Assembly: GCA_963794325.1 (NCBI GenBank)
Contig: CAWCDG010000002.1
Coordinates: 32,001-96,000 of the forward strand
DNA from: an uncultured delta proteobacterium
Lineage (GTDB): Bacteria; Desulfobacterota; Binatia; Binatales; Binataceae
Length of the DNA stretch: 64,000 nt
Direction: 5' to 3'
Part shown: positions 31,272 through 41,504 of the stretch, in pieces
How the letters are laid out: the number at the start of each line of letters is the position of its first letter
Position numbering within the stretch: the stretch's first letter is position 1
Notes under the pieces: model-generated
Seen by the model: only the letters and a program-made list of their open reading frames with translations
Told to the model about the DNA's origin: nothing
Database searches by the model: none
Program-made: the position numbers and the translations under genes

Positions 31272-32335
31272 GCGCGCTCGAAGCGTCGGCGAAAATCGCG
31301 CACCCGCATTCGCGGCAAGCGGTGCTGGTCGAACCCGGGCGGATAGAATTGCGCGATTACGTCGCGCCGCATCCAGGGCCGGGCGGATTGCTGATTCAAA
31401 TTCGATGCGCGCTCAGTTGCGGTACCGACCTCAAAACATTTCGGCGCGGACATCCGTTGTGGGAACTTCCGATGCCGTTCGGACATGAGTTTTCCGGCGT
31501 CGTGGTGGAAGCGGGCGAGGGCGTGACCGCGTTCAAGCCCGGCGACGAAATCATGGCGGCACCCACTGCACCATGCGGAATCTGCTTCTACTGCCAGCGC
31601 GGGCAGGAAAATCTTTGCGACGACGCGGTCGGGCGAATGGTGCACGGCGCATACGCGGACATGCTGGTGCTGCCGGCGCATGTCGTAGCGCGCAACACAT
31701 TTATCAAACCTGCGGACCTGCCGTTCGAGGAGGCCGCGCTGCTCGAACCGCTCTCGTGCGTCGTGCATGCGATTGAAATGGCGCGTCCCGACAAGAGTGA
31801 GACGGTGGTCATTCTCGGCGGCGGAGCCTTCGGCTTGATCCACATGCTCGCGCTAAAAGCTGCCGGCGTGCGCGAGGTGGCGGTCGTCGGGCGCGGCGCA
31901 GACCGGCTGAAGTGGGCGGAGAATCTCGGCGCGGACCGCGTTATCGATGCGCGCAGCGAGGACGCCGTCGCGGAAATCGCGCGGCTCAACGGCGGCTTCG
32001 GTCCCGACCTCGTGATCGAGTGCACCGGCCACGTCGAAGTCTGGCAGGACGCATTCGCGCGGGTGCGCCGCGGAGGGCGCGTCGTTTTTTTCGGCGGATG
32101 TCCAACCGGCACCGCACTCAATGTCGATACGCGACGGATGCATTACGACAACCTGACGCTGATGGCGCCGTTTCATTATCGGCCGCGCGACGTGCGTCGT
32201 GCTTACGAATTGCTGGCGGGACGCGCGCTGAACGCTGGCGCGATCGTCAACGCTCGAATGCGGCTCAGCAATCTGGCGCAAGTATTTGAGATGCTCGAGC
32301 GCGGCGTGGTACTGAAGTGCGCCGTGATTCCATGA
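31268..32335 (+). CDS. Zn-dependent medium-chain (polyol-type) dehydrogenase
   Basis: CGTDL, GHEFSG, CGICFYC..NLC, LEPLSC, ILGGGAFG. Confidence 0.92.
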
Positions 32336-34305
32336 GGGATGAAAACATGAATCAGGCCATTGAAATTGGAAACACGGCGATTGCGATGTCGCCGCATGAC
32401 GAGTTCGTCGCGAAGATTGATTACACCGTCGATCGCGCCCAGCGCGCGCTGCTCGCACTGCAGAAGCCCGAGGGCTACTGGCATGCGCCGCTCGAAGCGA
32501 ACGCGGAGATGAACGCCGAGTTCATCATCTTCAATCATTTCATGGACACGGTTGACGTCGAGACCGAGGCGCGCCTGAAGAAGCACCTGCTGGACGCGCA
32601 GAGTGCGGACGGGAGCTGGGCGCTGTACCAGGGCGGCGAAGGCTATCTCTCGACGACGATCGAAAGTTATTTTGCGCTGAAGCTTACCGGCATGCGCGCG
32701 GGCGACGAGCCGCTGGCGGCCGCGCGGCGCTGGATTCTGTCGAAAGGCGGAATCGTAAACTGCGGAACGCTGGCGCGCTTCTACCTCGCGTCGATGGGGC
32801 AGATAACCTGGGAGGCGACTGCTGCGTTGCCGGTCGAGCTCTCGCTGTTCCCGAATTGGTTCCCGTTCAACATTTACGAGCTTGGATCGTGGGCGCGCGG
32901 AACTCTGATGGCCCTCACGCTGCTGCAAGCGGCGCGTCCCGAGAAAAAAATCGACTACCAGCGCGGGGTGCTCGAGCTCTACATCGAGCCGCCGCATTTC
33001 ACGAAGTTCAAACAGCCGCGCGGAAAAAAATTGCTGTCATTGCGCAATGCATTGAACCTCGCTGACAAGGCGCTGCGCTTCTACGATCGCCACAAAATAA
33101 AATCCCTGCGCGCCCGCGCGATGCGCCATACGGAAGAATGGTTGCTCGAACATCAGGAGGCCAACGGCTCATGGGGTGGAATCGAGCCGTGCTACTTGTT
33201 GAGCGCGATGGCTCTGAAAGCCAACGGCTACCGCAACGACCATCCGGTGCTGAAGAAGGCGCTCGAGGCGTCGCAGGAACTGATCTGGCATTTCAGCGAC
33301 AACGACATGTACATGCCGTGCGTTTCCGTCAACTGGGACACCGCGCTTGCGGGACGCGCGCTGCTCGATTCCGGCGTGGTTGGCGACGATCCGGGAATCA
33401 AACGCACCAATCAATGGCTGATCGATCATCAGATTTTTAAAAAAGGCGATTGGTCGATCAAACGTCCCGATCTGGAGCCCGGCGGATGGGCGTTCGAATT
33501 CTACAACGATAACTATCCTGACGTGGACGATTCCGCGGTGATTCTGTCGGTGCTGGCGGACTCACAACTCGACGACGCCGCCGCAAAAGAGCGCGCAGTT
33601 CGCGTCGGCGCCAATTGGGTGATGGGGATGCAATCGAGCGACGGCGGTTTTGCCGCGTTCGATGCCGACAACAACTCGACCTGGCTGAATCATCTGCCAC
33701 TGGCCGACGTCGAGGCGGTCACCGATCCGTCGTGTCCCGACCTTACCGGTCACGTGCTCGAAATGATGGCGTCGGTCGGATATCGCGCCGACCATCCGGT
33801 GGCAAAACGCGCGATCGAATGGCTCAAGAAAAATCAGGCGAACCACGGCGGATGGTGGGGACGCTGGGGCATCAACTATCTCTATGGCTCTCACTGCGCT
33901 CTGGCCGGTTTGCGCGCGATCGGCGTCGATATGAACGAGCCCTGGATCAAGCGCTCGGTCGCATGGATCAAATCGAAGCAGAATCCTGACGGCGGTTGGG
34001 GTGAAAGCCCGCTGTCCGACAAGGATCCTGCCTGGCACGGGCGCGGAACGAGCACGGCTTCACAGACTGCATGGGCGCTTATCGGGTTGGTTGCGGGCGA
34101 AGATCAAGTGAGTGAACACGCGATGCGCGGCGCGCAATGGCTCTCAGAGCGGCAGAACGAAGATGGCACTTGGGATGAGCGTGAGTCGACCGGCAACGGA
34201 TTCCCCAATCATTTTTATCTTCGCTACCACATGTACCCACTTTATTTTCCGCTGATGGCGCTCGGGCGATTTCGAAAACGATTGGCGGAGACGCCGTCGC
34301 ACTGA
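32332..34305 (+). CDS. shc: Squalene-hopene cyclase
   Basis: YPDVDDSA (DXDD), QW repeats (QSADGSW, QNPDGGWGE, QNEDGTW), GFPNHFYLRYH. Confidence 0.97.
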   Translation: MRDENMNQAIEIGNTAIAMSPHDEFVAKIDYTVDRAQRALLALQKPEGYWHAPLEANAEMNAEFIIFNHFMDTVDVETEARLKKHLLDAQSADGSWALYQGGEGYLSTTIESYFALKLTGMRAGDEPLAAARRWILSKGGIVNCGTLARFYLASMGQITWEATAALPVELSLFPNWFPFNIYELGSWARGTLMALTLLQAARPEKKIDYQRGVLELYIEPPHFTKFKQPRGKKLLSLRNALNLADKALRFYDRHKIKSLRARAMRHTEEWLLEHQEANGSWGGIEPCYLLSAMALKANGYRNDHPVLKKALEASQELIWHFSDNDMYMPCVSVNWDTALAGRALLDSGVVGDDPGIKRTNQWLIDHQIFKKGDWSIKRPDLEPGGWAFEFYNDNYPDVDDSAVILSVLADSQLDDAAAKERAVRVGANWVMGMQSSDGGFAAFDADNNSTWLNHLPLADVEAVTDPSCPDLTGHVLEMMASVGYRADHPVAKRAIEWLKKNQANHGGWWGRWGINYLYGSHCALAGLRAIGVDMNEPWIKRSVAWIKSKQNPDGGWGESPLSDKDPAWHGRGTSTASQTAWALIGLVAGEDQVSEHAMRGAQWLSERQNEDGTWDERESTGNGFPNHFYLRYHMYPLYFPLMALGRFRKRLAETPSH

Positions 34306-34315
34306 GCGCCTCGCG

Positions 34316-35485
34316 ATGAAAGCGATTTCAATCCTCGGCTCGACCGGATCGGTCGGCGTCACGACGCTGGATGTAGTCGGGCGCTTCAGCGATCGATTTC
34401 GCGTGGTCGCGATGGCCGCCGGACGCAATCTCGATCTGCTGACCGATCAGGTGAAGCGGTTTCATCCAGAACTGGTTTCCGTGGCGACGCCCGAACTTGC
34501 GCGTGATCTCGCGACGCGCCTCGATAAACATCGCGTGACGATCGTGCACGGACTCGAAGGCGCGATCTGTGTCGCGACGCATCCCGAGGCGAAGCTGCTG
34601 ATGTCGGCGCTGGTCGGTGCGATGGGATTGCAGCCGACACTCGCGGCAATCAAGGCCGGCAAGGACATCGCATTTGCCAACAAGGAAGTGCTGGTGATTG
34701 CCGGTGAGCTCATCACGTCGGCGGTGCGCGAGAATAGAGTGCGGTTGCTGCCGGTGGACAGCGAGCACAACGCGATTTTTCAATGCCTCGAAGGGCGCGG
34801 TCGCGAGTATTTGAAGCGGATAATTCTGACCGCGTCAGGCGGTCCGTTTCGCGAGCTGCCCGCCGCGAGTTTCGAATCGATCACCGTCGAGCAGGCGCTG
34901 AAGCATCCGACCTGGGTGATGGGCAGCAAGATTACGATCGACTCCGCGACCTTGATGAACAAGGGTCTCGAGGTGATCGAAGCGCGCTGGCTGTTCGACC
35001 TCAAGGCCGCCGAAGTTTCCGTCGTCATTCATCCGCAGAGCGTGATCCATTCGATGGTCGAGATGATTGACGGCTCGGTGATCGCGGAGATGGCGATCCC
35101 CGACATGGCGATTCCGGTCGCGTACGCGCTTGCGTATCCGGAACGCTTGCCGATGACCCATCTGAAGCCGCTGTCCCTCGCGGAAAATTCGCGGCTTACG
35201 TTTGAGGAGCCCGACTTGCGACGCTTCCCGTGTCTGCGGCTCGCCTACGACGCGCTCGCCGCCGGCAACACGATGACCGCATGCCTCAACGCCGCCAACG
35301 AGGAGCTGGTCGCGGGATTCCTCGCGGGCCGTGTGCGGTTCACTGACATACCGCGCCACATCGAGACGGTGATGAATCGGCATCACAACTCGGCGGCGCG
35401 GACGATCGAAGATTTGCTCGAGACCGACGGATGGGCGCGCTCCGCGGCCCGCGAACTTATCGGAGCGCGACCGGTCGCAGCTTGA
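34316..35485 (+). CDS. dxr: 1-deoxy-D-xylulose-5-phosphate reductoisomerase
   Basis: ILGSTGSVG, ANKE, LPVDSEHNAIFQ, KITIDSATLMNKGLEVIEA. Confidence 0.98.
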   Translation: MKAISILGSTGSVGVTTLDVVGRFSDRFRVVAMAAGRNLDLLTDQVKRFHPELVSVATPELARDLATRLDKHRVTIVHGLEGAICVATHPEAKLLMSALVGAMGLQPTLAAIKAGKDIAFANKEVLVIAGELITSAVRENRVRLLPVDSEHNAIFQCLEGRGREYLKRIILTASGGPFRELPAASFESITVEQALKHPTWVMGSKITIDSATLMNKGLEVIEARWLFDLKAAEVSVVIHPQSVIHSMVEMIDGSVIAEMAIPDMAIPVAYALAYPERLPMTHLKPLSLAENSRLTFEEPDLRRFPCLRLAYDALAAGNTMTACLNAANEELVAGFLAGRVRFTDIPRHIETVMNRHHNSAARTIEDLLETDGWARSAARELIGARPVAA

Positions 35486-35486
35486 G

Positions 35487-36416
35487 ATGATGGCAAACGC
35501 GCAGGTCAGCGAACACGGCGGGGCAACCTCGTACGCGTCGAGCACGGTGCGCGACGCATCGATACCGCCCGGAACTTTCGACGTCGCGAGCGCGTACGAA
35601 TTCTGCGCGCGGCTGGCGAAGTCGCACTACGAAAATTTCACCGTCGCGTCGTGGCTGATGCCGCGCGAGATGCGTCCGCACATGTACGCGATCTACGCCT
35701 ACGCCCGAATGGCCGACGATTTCGCCGACGAGCATCACGACCGCGCGATGCTCGACGATTGGGAGCGCGAGCTCGACCTCGCGTACGCCGGCACTCCGCG
35801 CCATCCGGTGTTTATCGCGCTCGCCGACACGGTGCAGCGCTTCGAGATTCCGCGCGATCCGTTCAAGGATCTGCTCACCGCGTTTCGATCCGACGTCGAT
35901 TTCAAGGGCTTCGACACGCTCGACGATCTGCTCGGATACTCGCGCTACTCGGCGAATCCCGTCGGACGGCTGGTGCTCTACCTGTTCGGCTATCGCGACG
36001 CCGAACGCCAGCATCTGTCGGACCTGGTCTGCAGCGGATTGCAGCTCGCGAATTTCTGGCAGGACGTCGCAATCGATCTCGACAAGAGGCGAATCTACAT
36101 TCCGCGCCGCGACCTGGCTCGATTCGGCGTCACGCCGGCCGACCTCGCGGCGCATACGTCGTCGCGCGAGTTCATCGATCTGATGCGTCATGAAGTCGGC
36201 GTCGCGAGGACGATGCTGCTCGAGGGCGGCGAACTGCACAAGCGCGTGGACAAGCGCCTGCGTCGCGACATCGTGATGTTCGCGGGCGGCGGGCTTGCGA
36301 TCCTGCGCGCCATCGATCGCGTCAACTACGACGTGTTCCGGAAGCGCCCGGAACTGGAGAAACTCGATTACCTGAAACTTGGATGGAGCGCGCTCCGTGG
36401 GCGACTTGAAGGCTGA
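35487..36416 (+). CDS. hpnC: Hydroxysqualene synthase
   Basis: HYENFTVASWL, YAYARMADDFADE, SANPVGRLVL, QLANFWQDV. Confidence 0.93.
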   Translation: MMANAQVSEHGGATSYASSTVRDASIPPGTFDVASAYEFCARLAKSHYENFTVASWLMPREMRPHMYAIYAYARMADDFADEHHDRAMLDDWERELDLAYAGTPRHPVFIALADTVQRFEIPRDPFKDLLTAFRSDVDFKGFDTLDDLLGYSRYSANPVGRLVLYLFGYRDAERQHLSDLVCSGLQLANFWQDVAIDLDKRRIYIPRRDLARFGVTPADLAAHTSSREFIDLMRHEVGVARTMLLEGGELHKRVDKRLRRDIVMFAGGGLAILRAIDRVNYDVFRKRPELEKLDYLKLGWSALRGRLEG

Positions 36417-37320
36417 CGGAGGCTCTGGGAGCCTCACGGAAGCGGCGGCCGCCAATGGCGCGTCGCTCGACGCCGATTACGAACGCTGCGCGCAAATCAC
36501 GCGGCGCTCGCGCTCGAGCTTTTACTACGCCTTCATTTTGCTCCCGCCCGAACGTCGCCGCGCACTGCATGCGGTCTACGCGTTCTGCCGTTTTATCGAC
36601 GACATCGCCGACGACGAAGCGATTCGCGAGCCCGCTCTCCTGCTCGAGCGATGGCGCGAGGAACTCGACCGCGTCTATTCGGGCTCGCCGACGCGCGCGC
36701 TCTCCCGTGCGCTCGCCGATAGCGCGCGACGCTTTAAGATTCCGCGCGATCTGTTCGAAGAAATCATCAATGGCGTCGAAATGGACCTGTCGCGCAAGCG
36801 CTATCAGAGCTGGGAAGAGCTGCGGCCGTACTGCTATCGCGTCGCCTCGGCGCTCGGCCTTATCTGCATCGAAATATTCGGCTATTCGAATCCGTCGGCG
36901 AAACTCTACGCGGAAAATCTTGGACTGGCGCTTCAGTTGACCAACATACTGCGCGACGTGCGCGAGGACGCCGATCGTGGCCGGATCTATCTGCCGCTGG
37001 AAGACCTCGCGCGCTTCAACGTCAACGAGCAGGAAATTCTCGGCGGGGTCTATTCGCCCAACTTCGTCAGCCTGATGGACTTCGAGGCGCGACGCGCGCG
37101 CGAACTCTACGCCCTCGCGCAAAGCGAGCTCGCGGCTGAAGATCGCGCGACTCTCCTGACTGCCGAGGCGATGCGCCTCATCTACGCCGCGCTGCTCGAA
37201 CGCATCATCAAATCCAACTATCGCGTGCTCGACCGCCGCCACAGCCTGTCCGCGCCGCACAAGCTCTACCTCGTCGGCCGCGCGTGGGCAGAAGGACGCT
37301 TCAGCGCGTTGCGCGGCTAA
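36397..37320 (+). CDS. hpnD: Presqualene diphosphate synthase
   Basis: SSFYYAF, YAFCRFIDDIAD, YCYRVAS, LQLTNILRDV. Start uncertain. Confidence 0.92.
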   Translation: MGDLKADGGSGSLTEAAAANGASLDADYERCAQITRRSRSSFYYAFILLPPERRRALHAVYAFCRFIDDIADDEAIREPALLLERWREELDRVYSGSPTRALSRALADSARRFKIPRDLFEEIINGVEMDLSRKRYQSWEELRPYCYRVASALGLICIEIFGYSNPSAKLYAENLGLALQLTNILRDVREDADRGRIYLPLEDLARFNVNEQEILGGVYSPNFVSLMDFEARRARELYALAQSELAAEDRATLLTAEAMRLIYAALLERIIKSNYRVLDRRHSLSAPHKLYLVGRAWAEGRFSALRG

Positions 37321-38685
37321 ATGGCATCCGCGAAAAACGTGATCGTAATCGGCGCAGGGTTCGCAGGCCTCAGCTGTGCGGTCGCGCTCGCGGAGCGTGG
37401 CGTGCGAGTCACCGTGCTCGAAGGAAAGCCTGCGCTGGGCGGGCGCGCGTATTCGTTCGCCGATCCCGACACCGGCGATTTCGTCGACAACGGACAGCAC
37501 GTCCTGATGGGCTGTTACACTGAGACGCTGGACTTCCTGAAACGCATCGGCGCCTACGATCAGTTGGTGTTCCAGGACGATCTGAAAATCGAGATGCTCG
37601 CGGGTCCGGGACAAAGTGCGATGCTGAAAACGGCGCGTCTCCCCGGACCTTTGCACATGACGGCCGCCTTGTTCGGTTATCGGCATTTGAGCATCTCGCA
37701 GCGGCTCAGCGTTATGCGTGGCGGTCTGCGCATGCTCGCGATGAGACGATTCGGCGGCAGCGAACTGCGTCGCCTCAGCGTCGCGCAGCTGATGGATCGC
37801 CTCGGGCAATCGGAACATGCGCGCCAATGCTTCTGGTATCCGCTGTCGATCGCGACGCTCAACGACGAGCCCGATTCGTCGTCGGCGCAGCAGTTGGTCG
37901 AAGTTCTCAGGCGCGCGTTTTTTTCGCGCCGGCGCCGCGACTCCGCCTTCGTCTATTCGCGCGTCGGGTTGACCGATCTTTATTGCATCGGCGCGACGCG
38001 ATTGATCGAGCGCGCCGGCGGCACCGTGCTCTCGCACTCGATCGTCGAGATGCTGGAGCTGGGCACCGGTGGCAACGTCGCAGGCGTGCGGCTGCGCGAC
38101 GGGCGGCGAATCGAAGCGTCGGATTTCATCAGCGCGGTGCCGGCGCCTCAGTTGCTCCGCTTCCTGCCTGAAAACGCGGTCGCGGATCCATTTTTCTCGC
38201 GCTTCACCGGGCTGTCGGGCTCGCCAATCATTTGCGTGCACGTGTGGCTCGATCGCGAAGTGACTAATTCAGCGTTCATCGGTTTCATCGGCACCACTAC
38301 TCAATGGCTATTCAACAAGCGTCAGATATTCGCGCAACGCGGCGAGGCGCATCCGGGATATCTGAGCTTTGTGATCAGCGGCGCGCGCAAGCTGGTCGAG
38401 CGCAGCAGCCAGGAAATTGTGGATATCGTGATTAACGATCTTCACGCGATGATCCCCGCGTCGCGCGAGGCCAAAGTCGTAAAGTCCCTGGTGCTCAAGG
38501 AGAAAAATGCGACGATGGCGCCGGACCTTCGCTCGCAGGAATTGCGCCCGACCGCGAAGACGCCAATCGCGAACTTCTTTTTGGCCGGCGACTGGATTCA
38601 AACCAAACTGCCCGCGACGATTGAAAGCGCCGTGATTTCGGGGCGCGCCGCTGCCGCGGCAGTCCTCTCGCGCTCCGCGGGATAG
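37321..38685 (+). CDS. hpnE: Hydroxysqualene dehydroxylase (FAD)
   Basis: VIGAGFAGL, GGRAYS, VDNGQHVLMGCY, LAGDWIQTKLPATIESAV. Confidence 0.93.
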   Translation: MASAKNVIVIGAGFAGLSCAVALAERGVRVTVLEGKPALGGRAYSFADPDTGDFVDNGQHVLMGCYTETLDFLKRIGAYDQLVFQDDLKIEMLAGPGQSAMLKTARLPGPLHMTAALFGYRHLSISQRLSVMRGGLRMLAMRRFGGSELRRLSVAQLMDRLGQSEHARQCFWYPLSIATLNDEPDSSSAQQLVEVLRRAFFSRRRRDSAFVYSRVGLTDLYCIGATRLIERAGGTVLSHSIVEMLELGTGGNVAGVRLRDGRRIEASDFISAVPAPQLLRFLPENAVADPFFSRFTGLSGSPIICVHVWLDREVTNSAFIGFIGTTTQWLFNKRQIFAQRGEAHPGYLSFVISGARKLVERSSQEIVDIVINDLHAMIPASREAKVVKSLVLKEKNATMAPDLRSQELRPTAKTPIANFFLAGDWIQTKLPATIESAVISGRAAAAAVLSRSAG

Positions 38686-38714
38686 TTATTGACTAATCGC
38701 GATTGACTAATCGA

Positions 38715-39719
38715 ATGACTACCAAGTTAGCACTGGTCACTGGCGGCAACGGATTCGTGGGATGCCACGTGGTGCGCGCCCTGATTGCTCGCGGCGACCG
38801 GGTCCGTGTGCTGGCGCGCGAGAATGCCGACTTGAGTGCGCTGGCTGGCTTGCCGGTGGAAATCGTACGCGGCGACCTGCGGCATTTCGACTCGGTCGCG
38901 CGCGCGGTGATTGGATGCAACGAGGTCTATCACGTCGCCGCTGACTACCGCCTGTGGCTGACCGATCCGGCGCCGATGTATGCGAGCAACGTCAACGGCA
39001 CCGAGCACGTTATTCGCGCCGCCACTGCCGCGAACGTGTCGCGGATCGTTTACACCAGCACGGTCGGCGCCCTCGGGATTCCGCATGGCGGCGTCGGATG
39101 CGAAGATACGCCGTCGTCGCTGGCTGCGATGCCCGGTCATTACAAGCGTTCGAAGTACATGGCGGAGCAGGCGGCCCTCGAGGCCGCGCGCGCCGGCGCG
39201 CCGGTGGTGATCGTTAATCCTTCCACGCCAATCGGTGCGCTGGACTTCAAGCCGACGCCTACCGGCCGAATTATCGTGGATTTCCTCGGTCGGCGGATGC
39301 CCGCGTACGTCGAGACCGGGCTCAACATCGTCGATGTCGAAGATGTCGCACGAGGCCATCTGCTGGCGGCGGAGCGCGGCCGAATCGGCGAGAAATATAT
39401 TCTTGGCGGCGAAAATCTGACGCTCAAGGAATTTCTCGGACGCCTTGCCGCGATTTCCGGAATGCCTGCGCCCCGGGTGAGAATCCCGTACGCTGTCGCG
39501 CTCGGCTATGCGCTCGGCGCTGAAGCATTTGCGCGCACCGTCACGCGCCGCGCACCGCGCGCGAGCCTGACCGAGGTACGGATGGCGCGCAAGCATATGT
39601 TCTTCGACTCCTCGAAGGCGCGCGCCGAGTTGGGATATTCGCCCGGGCCCATCGACGTGGCGATAACCGCGGCGATTGAATTTTTCAGAAGCAGAGGAAC
39701 GGCGCGGAGCGCCGCATAG
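38715..39719 (+). CDS. hpnA: Hopanoid-associated sugar epimerase
   Basis: VTGGNGFVG, YHVAADYRLW, HYKRSK, KPTPTGRII. Confidence 0.92.
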   Translation: MTTKLALVTGGNGFVGCHVVRALIARGDRVRVLARENADLSALAGLPVEIVRGDLRHFDSVARAVIGCNEVYHVAADYRLWLTDPAPMYASNVNGTEHVIRAATAANVSRIVYTSTVGALGIPHGGVGCEDTPSSLAAMPGHYKRSKYMAEQAALEAARAGAPVVIVNPSTPIGALDFKPTPTGRIIVDFLGRRMPAYVETGLNIVDVEDVARGHLLAAERGRIGEKYILGGENLTLKEFLGRLAAISGMPAPRVRIPYAVALGYALGAEAFARTVTRRAPRASLTEVRMARKHMFFDSSKARAELGYSPGPIDVAITAAIEFFRSRGTARSAA

Positions 39720-39727
39720 GCTTGCGC

Positions 39728-40627
39728 ATGCACCTGCTGATATCCACCATCGCTCTGCGCCCGTACGTTTTCATCTTCCTGGCGAGTTTTCTGTTTATCG
39801 CGATCGTGAACTTCGGTCTGCGCACGACGCTCCTGTTCACCGTGCTGACCTACGCCGTCTCGCTCGGGTGCGAGTGGTCTTCCATCCACAACGGATTCCC
39901 GTTCGGGCTGTATCATTATATAGACGCGACCCGCGCGCGCGAGATTTGGGTCTTCGGCGTCCCGTTCATGGACTCGTTGTCGTTCACCTTCCTCGCATTT
40001 GCCAGTTACACGGTCGCGCTGTTGCTGAGCTCGCCGCTCTATCGGCGCGGTGCGGACGTTCGAACTCTCGACACATGGAAAATCCGCCGCGCGCCGCGAG
40101 TATGGCTGATGGCGGCGCTGTTCATGGTGATGGTGGACATGGTGGTCGATCCGTTGAGCGTGCTGGGCGACCGATGGTTCCTCGGCAAAATTTTCTGGTA
40201 CGACCCGCCGGGCCCGCATTTCGGCGTCCCGATCAGCAACTACCTCGGATGGTTTTTTGTCGCGGCAATCACGATTGCGATCTTTCAGTGGCTCGACGCC
40301 GCCCTGAATCGCGGCTCGACCAAGCCCGCCGGCTCGCTCCCGATGATGCGTTCCCGCGCGCTGCTGGGTCCAATCCTCTACGCCGGGATCGTGACGTTCG
40401 GGATAACGATGCTGTTCCGCATCGATGCGCCGAATATTGGATGGGCGGCGGTTTTCATCTACCTGCCGTTCACGGTGCTCGCGATTCACGTTCTCACCCG
40501 CCGCGAATCCTGGGGCGACGACGCCGCAATCGAGCGTCATCTCGCGGACTTCCCTTACGAGAGAGATCTTCCTGTCTGGAAGCCATCGAGCGCGCGCACG
40601 GCCGAACTGCGCCGCGCCACCGCGTAG
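39728..40627 (+). CDS. CruF-like (carotenoid biosynthesis family) membrane protein
   Basis: GFPFGLYHY, FGVPF, DMVVDP, GVPISNYLGW, multiple TM helices. Confidence 0.8.
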   Translation: MHLLISTIALRPYVFIFLASFLFIAIVNFGLRTTLLFTVLTYAVSLGCEWSSIHNGFPFGLYHYIDATRAREIWVFGVPFMDSLSFTFLAFASYTVALLLSSPLYRRGADVRTLDTWKIRRAPRVWLMAALFMVMVDMVVDPLSVLGDRWFLGKIFWYDPPGPHFGVPISNYLGWFFVAAITIAIFQWLDAALNRGSTKPAGSLPMMRSRALLGPILYAGIVTFGITMLFRIDAPNIGWAAVFIYLPFTVLAIHVLTRRESWGDDAAIERHLADFPYERDLPVWKPSSARTAELRRATA

Positions 40628-40706
40628 CGCTTCGCTTCCAAATTTTCGCCGAGTATGGCAAGCGTCGATTGTCGAGCGACGATCGCGTCGGCGGAGGTGA
40701 ACTATC

Positions 40707-41504
40707 ATGCTGCTTAAGGACAAAGTTGCGTTGATCACGGGCGCGGGTTCGGGAATCGGGCGTGCCAGCGCCCTTCGATTCGCGCGCGAAGGCGCGAAGT
40801 TGATGATCGCCGACGTGCGCGCGGAATCGGCGAGCAACACCGCCGCCGAGATCGAGAAAGCCGGCGGGGTCGCGAAGTCGCTCTCGGTTGATGTACGCAT
40901 CGGCGCCGAGGTCGAGCGGATGGTCGACGAAACGGTCCGCGCCTTCGGCCGCCTCGACATTCTGTTCAACAACGCCGGCGTGTTCGTGCCCAAAACCGTG
41001 GTCGATACGACCGAAGAGGAATGGGACTGGGTCGTCGACGTGTGCCTGAAGGGCGTTTTCTTCGGCTGCAAGTACGCGATCCCGCAGATGATCAAGCAGG
41101 GCGGCGGCGTGATCATCAACACCGCCAGCGGCGCGGGTATCGAGGGCGTGCCGAATCTTGGCGCCTACCAGGCCGCGAAGGGCGGCGTCGTGATCATGTC
41201 GAAAGGGATCGCGCTCGACTTCGCGCGCCACAAGATTCGATGCGTCTCGATTTGCCCGGGCGTGATCGAAACGCCGATCGCCGAGAATTGTAACACCGTT
41301 CCGGCCGGCGCGTCGTCGTTGGTTTGGGAACGCACCGGCAACATGCATCCGCTGGGCCGCAATGGCAAGCCCGAAGAGGTCGGCGCGCTCGCGGCGTTCC
41401 TCGCATCGGATGAAGCCGGGTTCATCACCGGCGTTGCGGTGCCGATTGACGGCGGATTCAGTGCTGGCGCTTTCGCTCCGCCGGGCCGCGACCGCGCTTC
41501 GTAG
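40707..41504 (+). CDS. Short-chain dehydrogenase/reductase
   Basis: TGAGSGIG, NNAG, YQAAKGG. Confidence 0.95.
   Translation: MLLKDKVALITGAGSGIGRASALRFAREGAKLMIADVRAESASNTAAEIEKAGGVAKSLSVDVRIGAEVERMVDETVRAFGRLDILFNNAGVFVPKTVVDTTEEEWDWVVDVCLKGVFFGCKYAIPQMIKQGGGVIINTASGAGIEGVPNLGAYQAAKGGVVIMSKGIALDFARHKIRCVSICPGVIETPIAENCNTVPAGASSLVWERTGNMHPLGRNGKPEEVGALAAFLASDEAGFITGVAVPIDGGFSAGAFAPPGRDRAS

Noticed and set aside
35487-38685. Reading hpnC/D/E as carotenoid crtB/crtI genes
   Set aside because: The HYENF motif, DNGQH motif, gene order and linkage to shc fit the squalene pathway
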